In this document: piece by piece, positions 29,585 through 42,700 of the stretch
Layout: each line of letters starts with the position of its first letter
Position numbering within the stretch: position 1 is the first letter of the stretch
Assembly: GCF_009914755.1 (NCBI RefSeq)
Contig: NC_060928.1
DNA: 64,000 bases
Reading direction: 5' to 3' (one strand)
Source: the human T2T-CHM13v2.0 reference genome, Homo sapiens
The notes under the pieces: generated by a model
Database searches by the model: none
Seen by the model: only the letters and a program-made list of their open reading frames with translations
Told to the model about the DNA's origin: nothing
Program-made: the position numbers and the translations under genes

Positions 29585-30690
29585 AAATAGTTGACATTGA
29601 GTGTCGACTATGTACCAAGCACTTTTTTTTTGCACTTCATGTGAAATAAAGAACTTAATCCTCATAACCCTTTGAAGGTGACCATTTTGCAGGGGAGAAA
29701 ACTGAAGCACAGAGAGTCAAGTAACTTACTACAGTCATAAAACAAGTAGGAGATTTGAGATATCTGTGTAGTCTAGACCAATTCTGTGCTCTCAAACACT
29801 GTGCTATCTGTTTGATAGAACAGTTTTAAGATGAAGAGAGAAACATGGGCAGTTCATGCTTTATTAACATGTTATCACATCTAAGAGTTTAGGATCCATG
29901 CATTTATACAGAACATCCAGGTGAGCATGGTGGTGAAGAACTTAGACTTTAGAATTCTTTAAAACTTACTTCCAGAATTGGGTCTCCTTTTAAATAGCTA
30001 TATGAAATAGAATACATTACTGACTCTCTCTTAGCCTTAGTTTTTTCATCTTTAAAAGTGGGAATAATAGTAGTACTTTTCTTGTGGATTTTTTCCTCTG
30101 AGACATTATACTAAGCTATTTTAGTAGTATTTTCAAGACCTTGCAATTGTTTATGAAGAACCCATCTGTTTTACTGACTCACATATCAGACCTTGGACAT
30201 TGTGTTGTTTTGATGACAGGTGTCGTTTGGGAAAGTCTCTGCTTACATTGTCAGTAAAGAAACTGTGGTGGTTTTCCGCTCCATCCCTGTTATGTATTTT
30301 GTTTCAGGATATCTGAAATGGGTGTATTGGGAAACCTTACATAAATGTCTGATATTCCCCAAAACATGTATTAAACCTTCCAATATAATCAGAGTGATGC
30401 TCATTTATTCATGTTTTAAACTTTGACATTGATTCAACATGGACATATAAAAACCACTCAAAATATTTTGTCTAACACTTTTGCATATACTATGTATGCC
30501 TTTTAATTTAATCTTTGTAACCTTATGTAGTAGACAATTTTATTTTCCTCATTCTACAGAAGAGAAAAATGGGGCTAATGAGCACTTAAATGCTTGCAAA
30601 TGTCTTATAGTAAGTAGTGGAGTCAGGTTTTGAGTATATGTCAGACTTGAGTCTGCATGCCTATGATGATAAATCACCTCTCCTGAGTAT
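29585..30690. mobile_element. Cluster of degenerate MIR elements (about 29585-29810 minus, 29920-30090 plus, 30470-30690 minus)
   Basis: MIR core motifs: gaaaactgaagcacagagagtcaagtaactt; gccttagttttttcatctttaaaagtgggaataata. Confidence 0.6.
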
Positions 30691-33572
30691 TGACGTCTTA
30701 AAATTATGTATCTAAAAATAGAAGGGGAAACAGACTTATGGAAATCAGGATAAAAATTGTGCAAAACAGGCCTCCCGAGGAACTAAAAGTAGAAAGTCAC
30801 CAAGAATGGAGGCTGTTCCTGGTGCTATGTCTTTCCCTGTGGTCACCTCTGTTCTCTTTCATTATTTTCTCTTTCTGCATATTTATTGGCTTCCTCTGTT
30901 TGCCTTACCACCTAGACTGTCTCGACTACTCATAAAATGGTACATTCAACATCAGTGTGTTTATCACCCTAAAAGTCCAGAGCCATGGCCAAGTGGTCCA
31001 GTTTTTCATGATCTCAGTTATAATTTACTGTGAGAAGAATCCTGCCATCCTGGCACAGGCTCAGGGTTGTTCTCCTCTAGGTGAGGTGTCTGTCAGTCCT
31101 TTGATCAGATAGCTGTGGTTATGGATGATAGATTGAGAGGGGGTGACTAGACACACACAGGGATCTACACTAATGTTGGTGAGTATTTGTCTGGGAAAAG
31201 GGTATGGCCTGAATACAGCCCCAGAATGTGTCTATAATAACATATATCAGATTTTATTAAAGTGGTGTCATAAAAATAACAGCACAAATACAACATTTAA
31301 GTTACAGGTATGAGAAACTGAAATCAGTTTATTATATGAAAACTAACTTCCCCAAACTGGATATGTAAAGCATTAACTTTCAGTGGTACTAGAAGAGTTT
31401 ATTTAAAAGAATCGTCTGAGCGAATCTTTTAAAAAGAATATTCAGTAGTCATTTATTTGCTGAGCACTCCCTTATGTACCTTGTCAATTTAGGATTCCCT
31501 ATAGTAGGTTTGCATATAATTGGGTGTATTTACCAGGGAACTCTACATTATTTGCCGTACATTATTTGAAGACTCACTTCATTGAATTTCAGATCCTATT
31601 TTCAGATTTCTCAATTCATGAATTCCAAATAAGAAGTATTTGTCTTTTGACAAATGAATACAAAGAAGAAGTATTTGTCTTTTGTGTATGCATTTTCAGT
31701 TATTGGTGACTGTTTTAAAATTTCTGTAGTTACCCTACTTCATTGCTAAAATGAGGAGGGGTTTTTAATAAAGTTTTTGAAAAGTCTGAACAATCAGAAT
31801 TATATGCTTTTTTCTTTAGGATACTGGGAAAAGGTTCCATAGAACCTGATGATTTTTAATGTGTTTGGTTCATTTAAACATTTTCTAAACAAAAATATTT
31901 CTAATTATACTGGTTTCTAGTCACATTCCGTGATCAGCATGTTGAAGATCTGTAAGATACAGAATATACTTTTATTTCATGTGGTTTGTTACGAGTTATT
32001 GTGATATCCTGGAGACATACTTCTGTTTTAAAACAGAAGTATTTTTAGATGGTAATTCCAGGGAAAATACAATTCATTGTGTTTATTCAATTTTCACCCA
32101 ACTTTATTAGGAATTTTATTTCTTAGGAATTCTTTATTATTTTTTCTTAGAAATTTCTTAGAAATTAAATTCCTTAGAAATAAAATTTCTTAGAAATTTT
32201 ATTTCTAAGAATTCTTAGGAATTCTTAGGAGTTCTTTTATACCATATGAGCTATAGGTATCTTCAAAAGCTTTAAAAAATTAAAAAAATCTTTTATTTTG
32301 TTAAGTATGTTTGGCATATATCCATAAGCTCATTCTGGCTTTTCTAAAATAGTTAAGTGGCTAGAATACCACATCTAGTCATGTGGAAATTTGCTTATTT
32401 TCTGTAATATATTGATCCTGAAATCACAGAACTGCATGTTTAGATTGTTTGAGTTCATGTAGTAAAGATAATTTTTTAGGACATTGTCTTTAATATATAT
32501 TACATAAATGAAACAGTTGCCATTTGTTCCAACTGATTGGACCATTTCCAAGGCAGATTTCCTCCCTGCTATGTCCATTATTATGATTTTCAGTCTAGAA
32601 TTTCTTTCCAGCTCTTGGACTTTTTCCAAGATAGAGACAACTTCTGAGCATCTCTTTGGTAGTCTCTACTGAATTTTGAAGGTGTCAGTCAAGAAGAGTT
32701 GGATGACAGGAGGACTTGTAGCATTCAGGCAGGCCCCCTTAAATATAACTTAAGGCAGCATTTAGTAAAAAGGAGTAAGGCACTATTTAGAGCAGACAAC
32801 AGATTACATAGATTTTTTTAGTTTAGTACTTTTCAAACTTTTGATGACGAAAGACCAGATGTTTAATTTCCAGTATATATGTACAGGGTGGACAAGGTGA
32901 GCATATTTATCATATGCTCGGCCCAGTTGCTGTGGAAGTGTTTTCTAATTGCCATAATGCTGACACTACTCTGCTGAATGACCACATGTTCAACAGTGTT
33001 GTTGATCCTAGAACATTGTTTCTTTATTTTGCTCCCAAGGTTGTTGAGCCTCAGAAAAGTTAAATGATTTGCTCAATATTATACAATTGTTAAAATTTTC
33101 TTTTTTAGTTTCAGTAGACAGCAACTCTACTCAGGCAGAATTTGGTGTTTTGTCTGAAGGTGATGTTCATTGCCAGTGTAAAAGTCAGAAAAATATGCCT
33201 CTGGCATTTGTAGCTGTGGGGGAATTTTCAGTTTCTGCATTGTGGACTTCTGAAATCTTTTATGTGATCTTATAGTTTTGGAACAATAGAAAAAAAAGAT
33301 ACCATATAAAATAACGAGACAAGAAAAATAAAAAATATTGAGGTAGAAAAAGCATAAACAATTTAAAAACTATTAGTTTCACATAATTAGAGTAATGGGT
33401 ACATATATGAGCAAAGTATCAAGAGATAAGGCCTAAAAGATTCTCAGAGATAAGATTAATAAGTGGTATTAAGCCATAAAATGGAGTTTGCTTTTTATTG
33501 TTAGACAATGGGAAATGGTTTAAAAAGTAATATAGAACAGGTTAGTTTTTAGCAAAGATGATTTCAATGCCT

Positions 33573-33745
<173 letters not shown>

Positions 33746-34120
33746 TAAAGTATACTTTAGCTCTAAACACCATAATCAAATGTCTTTGAATTAAAAGTAG
33801 TAGCTTAAAAAAGGCAGAAGAACATAGAAATATGATGCAGTAATTGAGAAGATTATTATTTATTATGTTTTGAAACATCGCTGTCACCAAGTATTTGGTA
33901 AAAATGAATGCAGTGATATTGAGGCAGTATATTATGCTGTTGAATATAACCAAATGGCTTGCGTTGGAATTTCAGCTCGATATTCATTATTTTTTCAACC
34001 TTGGGCAAATTACTTAGCCTCTTTGGGCCTTGGTTTCTCATCTATTGAATGAAGATAAATAATGCTTTCCTTATAGGACTGTCGTAAAGGTAAATGACTT
34101 TCTCTGTATGGACAGATATA

Positions 34121-34451
34121 CAGTGGTCCCTTGGTGTCTGTGGGGGATTAGTTTCAGGACTCCCTCTTCCCCTGCGGATACCAAAATTCATGGATACTCA
34201 AATCCCTTATATAAAAATGATATAGCATTTGGATATAACCTACAGACATCCTCCCATATAAATTGTTTCTAGATTACTTACAGTACTTAATACAGTGTAA
34301 ATGCTATGTAAATAGTTGTTGTAATATATTGTTTAGGGAATAATGATTTTTAAAACTCTGTACCTGTTCAGTACAGACACAACCATCCATTTTCCCCCAA
34401 ATATTTTCAATCCCACGAATACTGAACCCACAGATAAGGAGGGGGTGACTG
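34121..34451. mobile_element. MER2 (Tigger-family) DNA transposon inserted in a MIR
   Basis: TA-flanked cagtggtcccttggtgtctgtgggggatt...ggataccaaaattcatggatactcaaatcccttatataaaatg...gactg. Confidence 0.85.
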
Positions 34452-34739
34452 TATACACCTATTTGTTATATAACTTAGAATAATACCCGGTAAATAATAA
34501 ACATTGACTAAGTACTTCTACTGCTGTTGCTGGTGGTGGTGGCGTTACGATTAGTAGCAGAAGACATTTCATTAAATACATTTTACAAACATGTAAGAAT
34601 AATGTGACTACAATACCAAAAATTTGCCAGTTACTGTTTGAAAATAGTCACCCACTGGATATCAGATTTCATCTTTTTCTCTAGTTGTCAAGACTAAGGT
34701 AATGAATTTATACTTAACTTAATGTTTTCTCTTCTATAG

Positions 34740-34898
<159 letters not shown>

Positions 34899-36119
34899 TA
34901 GCCTGCTTAGTTGTTCTCAACTCACTTATAGTATGCTTTTACCAAAAAAATCAAAATAACATTTCTGTGAGGATATTTATATTTTAGTAAATAATTTTCC
35001 CTTCTTGTTTTTGATAGATGATTTTTATCTTTCTGAGAGTCATTAAGCATCAGGCTGTTCTCATATAATTATAGTAGAATAAATAAGATAATGCATGTCT
35101 GAGAGCCTAAAGTTGTAAAGCATTATTTCAGCTATTACGTGACATTATTATAAAAGGTTTAGCAAATAAACATATGGAAACACAAAGTTTTCCTTTTAGT
35201 TGTGGAGAATAGTTCCTAATGTTTTTAGGAGGCTATTACTGTTAAGCTTTTTCTTAAGTAAATCCTTTATGATGTCTCGTAATAGGTGTATGATAAAATT
35301 GGATAATTGGTATTTTATTCCCTTTCTACTGTTAAGTTCTCAAGGTGTATTATGGACAGTAATTGTTTAGTACAGGAAAAGTCTGTGATCTAAAAATCTC
35401 AACTTGGTTCCATATACTAGGAAGTTACTAAAATTAAAAAAATTTTACAAGTCCCCTAAACTTACATTTTGTTTTCAGTAACTCAACTAAAATTCCTTCT
35501 TTCTAATGCTTCTGTTCTTTCATAAAAGTCAGCAATTATATTGTAAGCATATATTTTTCTCTGAAAAATTAAACGAAATTAAAGGGACAGATTACCAATT
35601 AAGAGTGTAAAGAAATAATAAAGTTTACTTGAGTCATTATGATAACATTTAGAAGTGGGAAAATAAATAAAACTGTCCCACCAATGCTCAGTATTTTTCT
35701 TAGTGTAGAAGATGGTAGATAGCTTGCTTACATGTGTTTCTGTTGAAATACACTTGGGTTGGGGAAGAAAGAAGAAAACAATTATGCACTTAAAAGAAAA
35801 ATATATAGACTTTAAAAAAAACCTCTCCATTTCTCTTCCCTACACCATTTTAAAATAACATGAGCTCGGATAGGAATAGAAATAAACAAATATCAGTTTC
35901 ATGAGGAAAAGTGAAAATGGTGGGGAACTCAGCAACAAACTTATTTTATTGACACGACATAGCTCAGCAATCCATAGATACTAAGAAGGGAGGTGGAGAT
36001 CCATTACAGAGTCTATTGCTATTAGTATTTTTTTAAGGATTAAAATATGTAATACATTGATTGGAACCCACTTGACTGTGTTTGAATGAAGAAAAAAATA
36101 TTTGACCACTTAGGTCTTG

Positions 36120-36750
36120 TACTACCTTTGTTCAGCCACCATCGTCTCTTGCCTGGATAATTGTGACAGCCTAATTCATCTCCCTGTGTTTGTGCTCTGC
36201 TGTAGTCTCTTCTTCACCTAGCAGAGTACTCTAAAATGTAAATTAGATCTGCTCATTACTCTGTAGTGACTCAGAGTAATAGTCCAAATCTTTACAAAGA
36301 CCCGTAAGCCTCTACATGTTCTGCCTTCTGTTTCCACCTCTCTCTCATCTCTTACCTCTTCTATTCCATGCATCTCTCTCGCTCACTGTGCTCCATTCAT
36401 TCTGGACCTGTGGCTATTCAACAAATGCAGGAATGCACACATCCTCATGGCTAACTCCATCACCTCCTTTGTTAAAGTCTTTATCAAGGGTTATGGTCTC
36501 AGTGAAACCACTCTGGCCACCCTGTTTAACATTGCTAACCTCCCCTTTTACTCATTTTTTTTTCTGGTACTCTTGATCTTTCTTACTCAGCTTCACACTT
36601 TCCTTTTCCCCATCGTGTATCACCTTCTAAGATACTATATAATTGACTTGCTCATTATATATATCTCCCTTTGCCTCACCCCCAAGAATGTAAGTGTTAT
36701 AGAGCAGGGGAATGTTGTATGTTTTGTTTATTAATGTATCCTAAATAAAG
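36120..36750 (+). mobile_element. L2 3' region
   Basis: gccaccatcgtctcttgcctgga...ctaaaatgtaaattagatc...gaatgtaagtgttatagagcagggg...ttgttttgttta. Confidence 0.65.
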
Positions 36751-37439
36751 AGGACTCTATTCTTAAACTCCTTTTTGTTTTCCCACCCTAGTGACTTTGG
36801 TGAGATCTTTTGTGATCTATGAGAATGTTTGTTTACTTGATTTTTTTTTTTTTTAAGCTAAGGCCTTTTCAAGTTGAATGACGTCTTAAACCTCTTTTTC
36901 CCTAGGCTTTCACCTTAATCTGAGATCTAACCATTATGATAATGAGGGATTTCCTCAGTTCAAACAGTTGGCCTAAGTTATCTCCTCTCTGCTTCCTTTT
37001 CTCTAAGCCCCAGTTGGCTATATAACCTTACAGAGTCTGGCAGAAGTAGTCTCAGTATTCCTAGTAATGCAGCTGTATGGGATGAAAGAGAGAGGAGTCA
37101 AGTGATAATAAACTTTCACTAGAAGCTTTATAATGACCTAATTGATTTTTCTCAACCCATGTCAGACTCTGTTTATTAAAGGGGTCATGTAAGGGTGGGG
37201 TATTGTTGCCAGAGCACTGGTTTTTAAAACATTCAGGCTCCAGGAGGAGTCCCAGGGACAGGGCATGTTGAGTGTGCCGGGCTCTGCTTTTATCTGTTAT
37301 ATTTTGTTTCTGTTGAAAATTTCTCTGGAGAAACGAAAAGTAGTTCTTCTGAAAAAGTTTGAAAACTGCTGAAGTAGAGATTAGAATGTACCCCTAACAA
37401 TAACATGTAATTCAAGGTTGTTTACTTGAATATATACAA

Positions 37440-37552
37440 AAGTGTGTGTATGTGTGTATATATGTATTTATACAGAAAGTGTGTATGTTTGTGTGTATGT
37501 GTGTATGTATATATATGTATATATAAAACACACACACACATACATACACATG
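37440..37552. repeat. Imperfect (TG/TA)n then (CA)n microsatellite
   Basis: Direct reading. Confidence 0.85.
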
Positions 37553-37910
37553 CAAATATATGCATTCATTCTTTGCTTATCATTGTTGTGTCTCCCATGC
37601 CTAGCACAGTGCATTCACTTTGTATTCAGTAGTGAATATTCACTTTGATATTCAGTAAATAATTGTTGAATGAATGAAAGAGTAATGCCTGATAAGTATT
37701 GGATGCTTAGTAATTTAGTTGGTCAAATGTTTTGAGTACAGGCATTTCTGTTATTAGACATTATGTGCATTTCTTAAAAACTTAACGTTTTTTAAAATTT
37801 TGGACTTAAAAATGACAGTTTATGGGAAAAATGGGACTGAAGGAGATTACTCAAAACCTGTACAACTTATTAGCCATGGCATTAACAGTATTAATAAAAA
37901 TACTAGTACA

Positions 37911-38157
37911 GGCCAGGCGCAGTGGCTCATGCCTGTAATCCAGCACTCTGGGAGGCCTAGGCGAGCAGAGCACCTGAGGTCAGGAGTTCAAGACCAGCCT
38001 GGCCAACATGGCAAAACCCTGTCTCTACTAAAAATACAAAAATTAACTAGGCTTGTTGGTGCGCTCCCGTCATCCCAGCTACTAGGGAGGCTTAGGCAGC
38101 AGAATCACTTGAACCTGGGAGTGCGCTACTGCACTCCGTCTCAAAAAAAAAAAAAAT
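37911..38157 (+). mobile_element. AluS with two deletions in the right arm
   Basis: Intact left arm; right arm reads gaacctgggag|tgcgctactgcactcc|gtctc; TSD-like aaaaatactagtac / aaaaatacttgtac. Confidence 0.9.
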
Positions 38158-38892
38158 ACTTGTACCGCTAAAAAGAATTTCAAATTCCTAATCAATACAT
38201 ACTATATAGTAGATATAGGAATTTACATTAAAAAATAATGAAGATAACTTTATAGAAGGATGGATGGGGGGTTCTAGTAGAGTTGAGGTTGCTAAAAAAT
38301 GAAGACAAGGGCAAAGTGCATGAAGATGAGAACCGAGCAACAAGCATTTCCAAGACAGAGGCTCTGGCCAAATTGAGCAAAGATAAAGAAGGAGGGTAAG
38401 TAGAAGCTCCTGTTTGTAGCTTGCTGTATTGGCAGTTAGTACACCTTGCATCCATTTGATAATTACTTGGCAATGTGAAATGATACCATGTTTGGAAAAG
38501 TCACATGTGAAATGATGTGACTTTTGCGTTGATGTGACCCCTAATTACTAGTGGCACATAAAGTAATTCATGTTACAGCAGCACGTGCAGCAAAATAGAC
38601 TGTATCTATTAGGTGGTAAACAAGCACTGCATTGGATCCTGGGGATTAATGATGAGTTAAACATGAATCTGGTGTATACAGAGCAAATTGCTGGGTAGGA
38701 AAGACAAAGAAAACAAATAATTACACTATAAGGTGATATGTACAATAATAGCAGTAAGTTTAGGGTATGGAGGTAGCTCACTGGAGGGAGTGATTAGCTC
38801 ACTATTATACACAGAAGGTGGTGTTCGGGTTGACCCAGGAGTTCTAGAAGGAGACAAGAAGTAGAACATAAATGGTAGCTCCCCCATGGCAT

Positions 38893-39177
38893 CTTTTTTT
38901 TTTCTTGAAATAGACAAGGTTTTGCTCTGTGACCCAGGCCGGAGTGCAGTGGTGTGATCATACCTCACTGCAGCCTCAAATTCCTGGGCTCAAGTGAGCC
39001 ACTAGAGTAGTTGAGGCTACGGGCGTATACCACCACGACTGGCTTATTTTTTATTTTTTGTTGGGACGGGATCTTACTATGTTGCCAAGTCTTGTCTCCA
39101 GCTCCTGGCCTCAAGCAGTCCTCCTGTCTTGGCTTCCTAAAGTGCTAGGATTACAGGTGGGAGTCACCACACCCAGC
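38893..39177 (-). mobile_element. AluJ element
   Basis: Antisense dimer with J-type features (cactgcagcctcaaattcctgggctcaag). Confidence 0.9.
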
Positions 39178-39683
39178 CTCCTTCTTTAGTTACCTGAAAA
39201 TTTGCTAGAAGTGAAAGTGGAGGCGGCATGCTATAGAAAGTATGTAGGCTTTCAAACTATACAGCTTTAAATTCTGGCTCTTCTATTTATGAATAGTGAG
39301 GCATTGGACAGATTTTGAAAATTCACTTATAAAATGTAATTCTTGTGTGACATAAATCAGTAATGTAGTGAAAGTACTTGACATAATTTATGGCAACACC
39401 TGTTAGGCGCTTAGTAAAGGTTGATTCTCTCATTCAGTAATAATGCGAAATAAACTAAAAAGTTCGGCCATATTCAAAGTTTTGTACTGTTTTTGACTTA
39501 GTCTCACAATATTTATTGATAAAATGAACAGACTAAGCTATATATTTACCAGCATTGTGTGCAAACTCTGGACAGTGAAATGTACCCAAGATCTTTCTGG
39601 AATGTTGTCAACTGTGGGAAAGTAAAATTGTTTTATGCAGAAGTTGATCCTGACCTCAAATAGAATTTCAGCAATGACTTTAA

Positions 39684-39687
<4 letters not shown>

Positions 39688-39728
<41 letters not shown>

Positions 39729-39742
39729 TCTGTGTCTGTGTG
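39688..39742. repeat. (TG)n microsatellite
   Basis: About 17 perfect GT units followed by degenerate units. Confidence 0.95.
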
Positions 39743-42700
39743 TAGAGAGAATGCTTGGTCAAGTTGCACATGGCAGCTGTCTAATGCAAATGAAAGCCAT
39801 TTAAAAACTAGTGTTAGATTTCAGATAGATTTTGATAAACTGGATACGTTGTGAGAATTACTGAATGTATTTAAATAGTAGCCAGATACCTAATGCAGGA
39901 AATTGTACATAGAAAATATTTGTTATATACAAGATTTAGAGACTATAGTAGATAAAAAACTGATTAAGTAAGACACTGTTTTTAAAATGAAAACTCACTG
40001 GGTTAGTTATTATAACATGTGACAACCATGAGGTAATCTTTCCATCCTGTTCAGCACAAGTCTTAACCTACCTAAGGTCACTGTTTAATTTTGGGCTTTA
40101 CAAATTGAATAGACATTTGGAAATTTAAGATAATGTTTATTTATTTAAGGGTTAAAAATTTAAAGCAACTGAAATAGTCTGAGAGAAGAAAGATACAGGC
40201 ACTTAATAATGGTTATTTTCAAGTGTACCTAAAGGCTAGCCAGAGACTAAATGACCAAGAGTATTTTCTTTTTGTTTAGGACAGCGAAAATATAAGTATT
40301 TTATAAAAGGAAATATAAAGAAAAAAATTTCTGGCCATTGATACAAAATTCCTAAAAGTAAGGGAAGTTATAAATATTTTAAAAATATCTAGAACCTTTA
40401 TATCCATAAGATTTTTCTTCTGGGTATGAAAGTATAAAGGGATTTCTAAATGTTGATAAAATCCACCAGCTCTTTAAAGTGTATGATGTTGGTTGCAATG
40501 AGACTAGAATAAAAAAACTGTAAATAGAAAAGTGTGTATTGTTTAGCATTATCAGAAGAGGAACTTAAAACGTAAGCCTTGCAGATAATAAGGTAGTGTT
40601 ATCTTTGTGGCATCCATCAACAAAATATTTATTTGTATATTTACAATATGCATCACACTCATTAGTAGAAAATAAGGAAGTATGAGAGACAACCTTTCTC
40701 CTCCAGGAGTTTAACAGTGTTTTGCATGTATGCAGATGAAATGTTAAATAGCAATTCAAGAAGGTTTGATTAAATACTATATAAATGACACGATTGCAGG
40801 AGTCTAAGAGAATGGACAGATTTATTACAGGGAAGTCTTCATTAGGGAGATGGCTCTTCAACAAGACTTTGAAAGATAAAATTTTCATAGAAATAAGAGA
40901 GGGATATACAAGTTAGCACATTAAAATGAGTCCAGATGTAAATGCGAAATCCTTCAAATAAGCATAATTTACACAAGAGATAATACATTTTTAGTGTATG
41001 TGAGATAATAATAAACACTTTAAAAATTTTGTCTTTTGCTCTTACCATGTAGTGCATAACCATCTCATGTCTTAGTTCTGTCATCTGTTAAATGGGAGTA
41101 AAAGTTGTCTACCACATAGTAAGTGATGAACAGATATCTATTACTACTGTTTTTGGAAGGTAAATCTGACCATGGCACATTTATGGGATATTGCAAACTC
41201 ATATTGCTGGAAGAGGCAGCTGAGTTGGAGAATACTGGGAGATTGGGTCAGAGAAGGAGACCAGACTGTAGTGAGTCTCTGTGTAAATCTGATGGGCAGC
41301 TCCAAGAGTGGCAAGTATGATTCCACTCATATTCCAGTGCTTACCAATCCATAGTGATTCGCTGGAGCACTGTATTAAGGAAGCTTGGTCTGTATCTGTC
41401 TTGATAGCAAAAAAGGGTATTATTTTAGCAATTATCTATTAGCAATATTTACTGTGTGGGAGGTGATAGTGTATTTTAGCATTTTATCATCATTGCACTA
41501 AGTATTAAGAGCTACTATAGCTTCTTGCTTTAGAAGGCCTGGTAATGTAGAAGAGTTATAAAAAGACAAATTCACTATTGGCAGGAACATTAGCATTGAG
41601 TTGAATATAATGTGGCTTTGAGTGGGAAGAATGAAACTTGAATTCTGAGCAGTGTTTTAAAGGAAGATTTGGGTTAACTTTTCCCCTGTGTTTAGAATGA
41701 ATTCCAGTTTTTTTCTCCCTGTGATTTTTGGATCCACTGGGCTTGGAGTGGGGGTTTATTTAACTGATTCATGCAGGAAAAATTTTCTAGTAAATGCTTA
41801 TTATGAGAAAGCCCTTGTCCTAGGTACAAAAGATACACAGATGAAGAATGTGTTCTCTGTCCTCCACCCATCTACAGTGTGTTGGAGAAAGATCTTTTAA
41901 CAAGTAATTAAGGGATGTGCTGTGATCTGTAACTGAGATTATGTAGAAGGCACTGTGGGATAATAAAAGGAAAAGCATGTCCATCCACCTACAGAAGTTA
42001 AGTAAAGCCAGACGAGCTGCATTAAGGAACATTTACTTTCATCTTTTGTCACTCCTTCAGTGAGAGACGCTGTGCTAGATTAATAGCTAGGAGGATATTT
42101 GTACTTAATGTAGAGCATTGAAAAAACACAAGGCTGTTAATATGCTACAAATACCTGTGCTGTTTTAGTAAATCAGGTTTTAACACTTTTCCACTTTCCT
42201 ACAGTGCTTTTAGCTTTAGGGGAAGCTCTTATTATAGCCACAGTGGAGGGATTGAGTTTTAATTGTTCACAGAAAGCACCTTATGCAAGGGAAGGTCCAT
42301 TCTTGAGGTAGAGTGTAGTTTCAGAGTAACAGATGTCATCATTTCTACCACTAACAAAAGGTCTTTAATAGTCCGGGTTTCTTCTGTGAAGAGAATAGGT
42401 GACACCAGTATGTTGCTCATTCACTCTGTCAACCAACATTTAAGGGAGTTTAACATGGGTTTGCTAGAAAAATAGTGTCTCTCTTGATTAATTTACAAAT
42501 TTGGCAAACATTGTTTTGTATTAATCATTAGTTATAACTGATTTTTGTACTTCATACAGAGTTTGCTCCCTTTTCCCTTTATTATCAAATAACTTTCTTT
42601 TATAAAATTATCCAAATGAGTTCAGAGCACTCACAGTAAGTTGCTGATTGCTCTTAATCATGATCTTATGTTAGCATTTTAGTGTCTCTATTCCCTTCAC

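Noticed and set aside
32105-32235. Repeat cluster as a CRISPR-like array
   Set aside because: Human intron, degenerate short units, no regular unique spacers and no cas genes.
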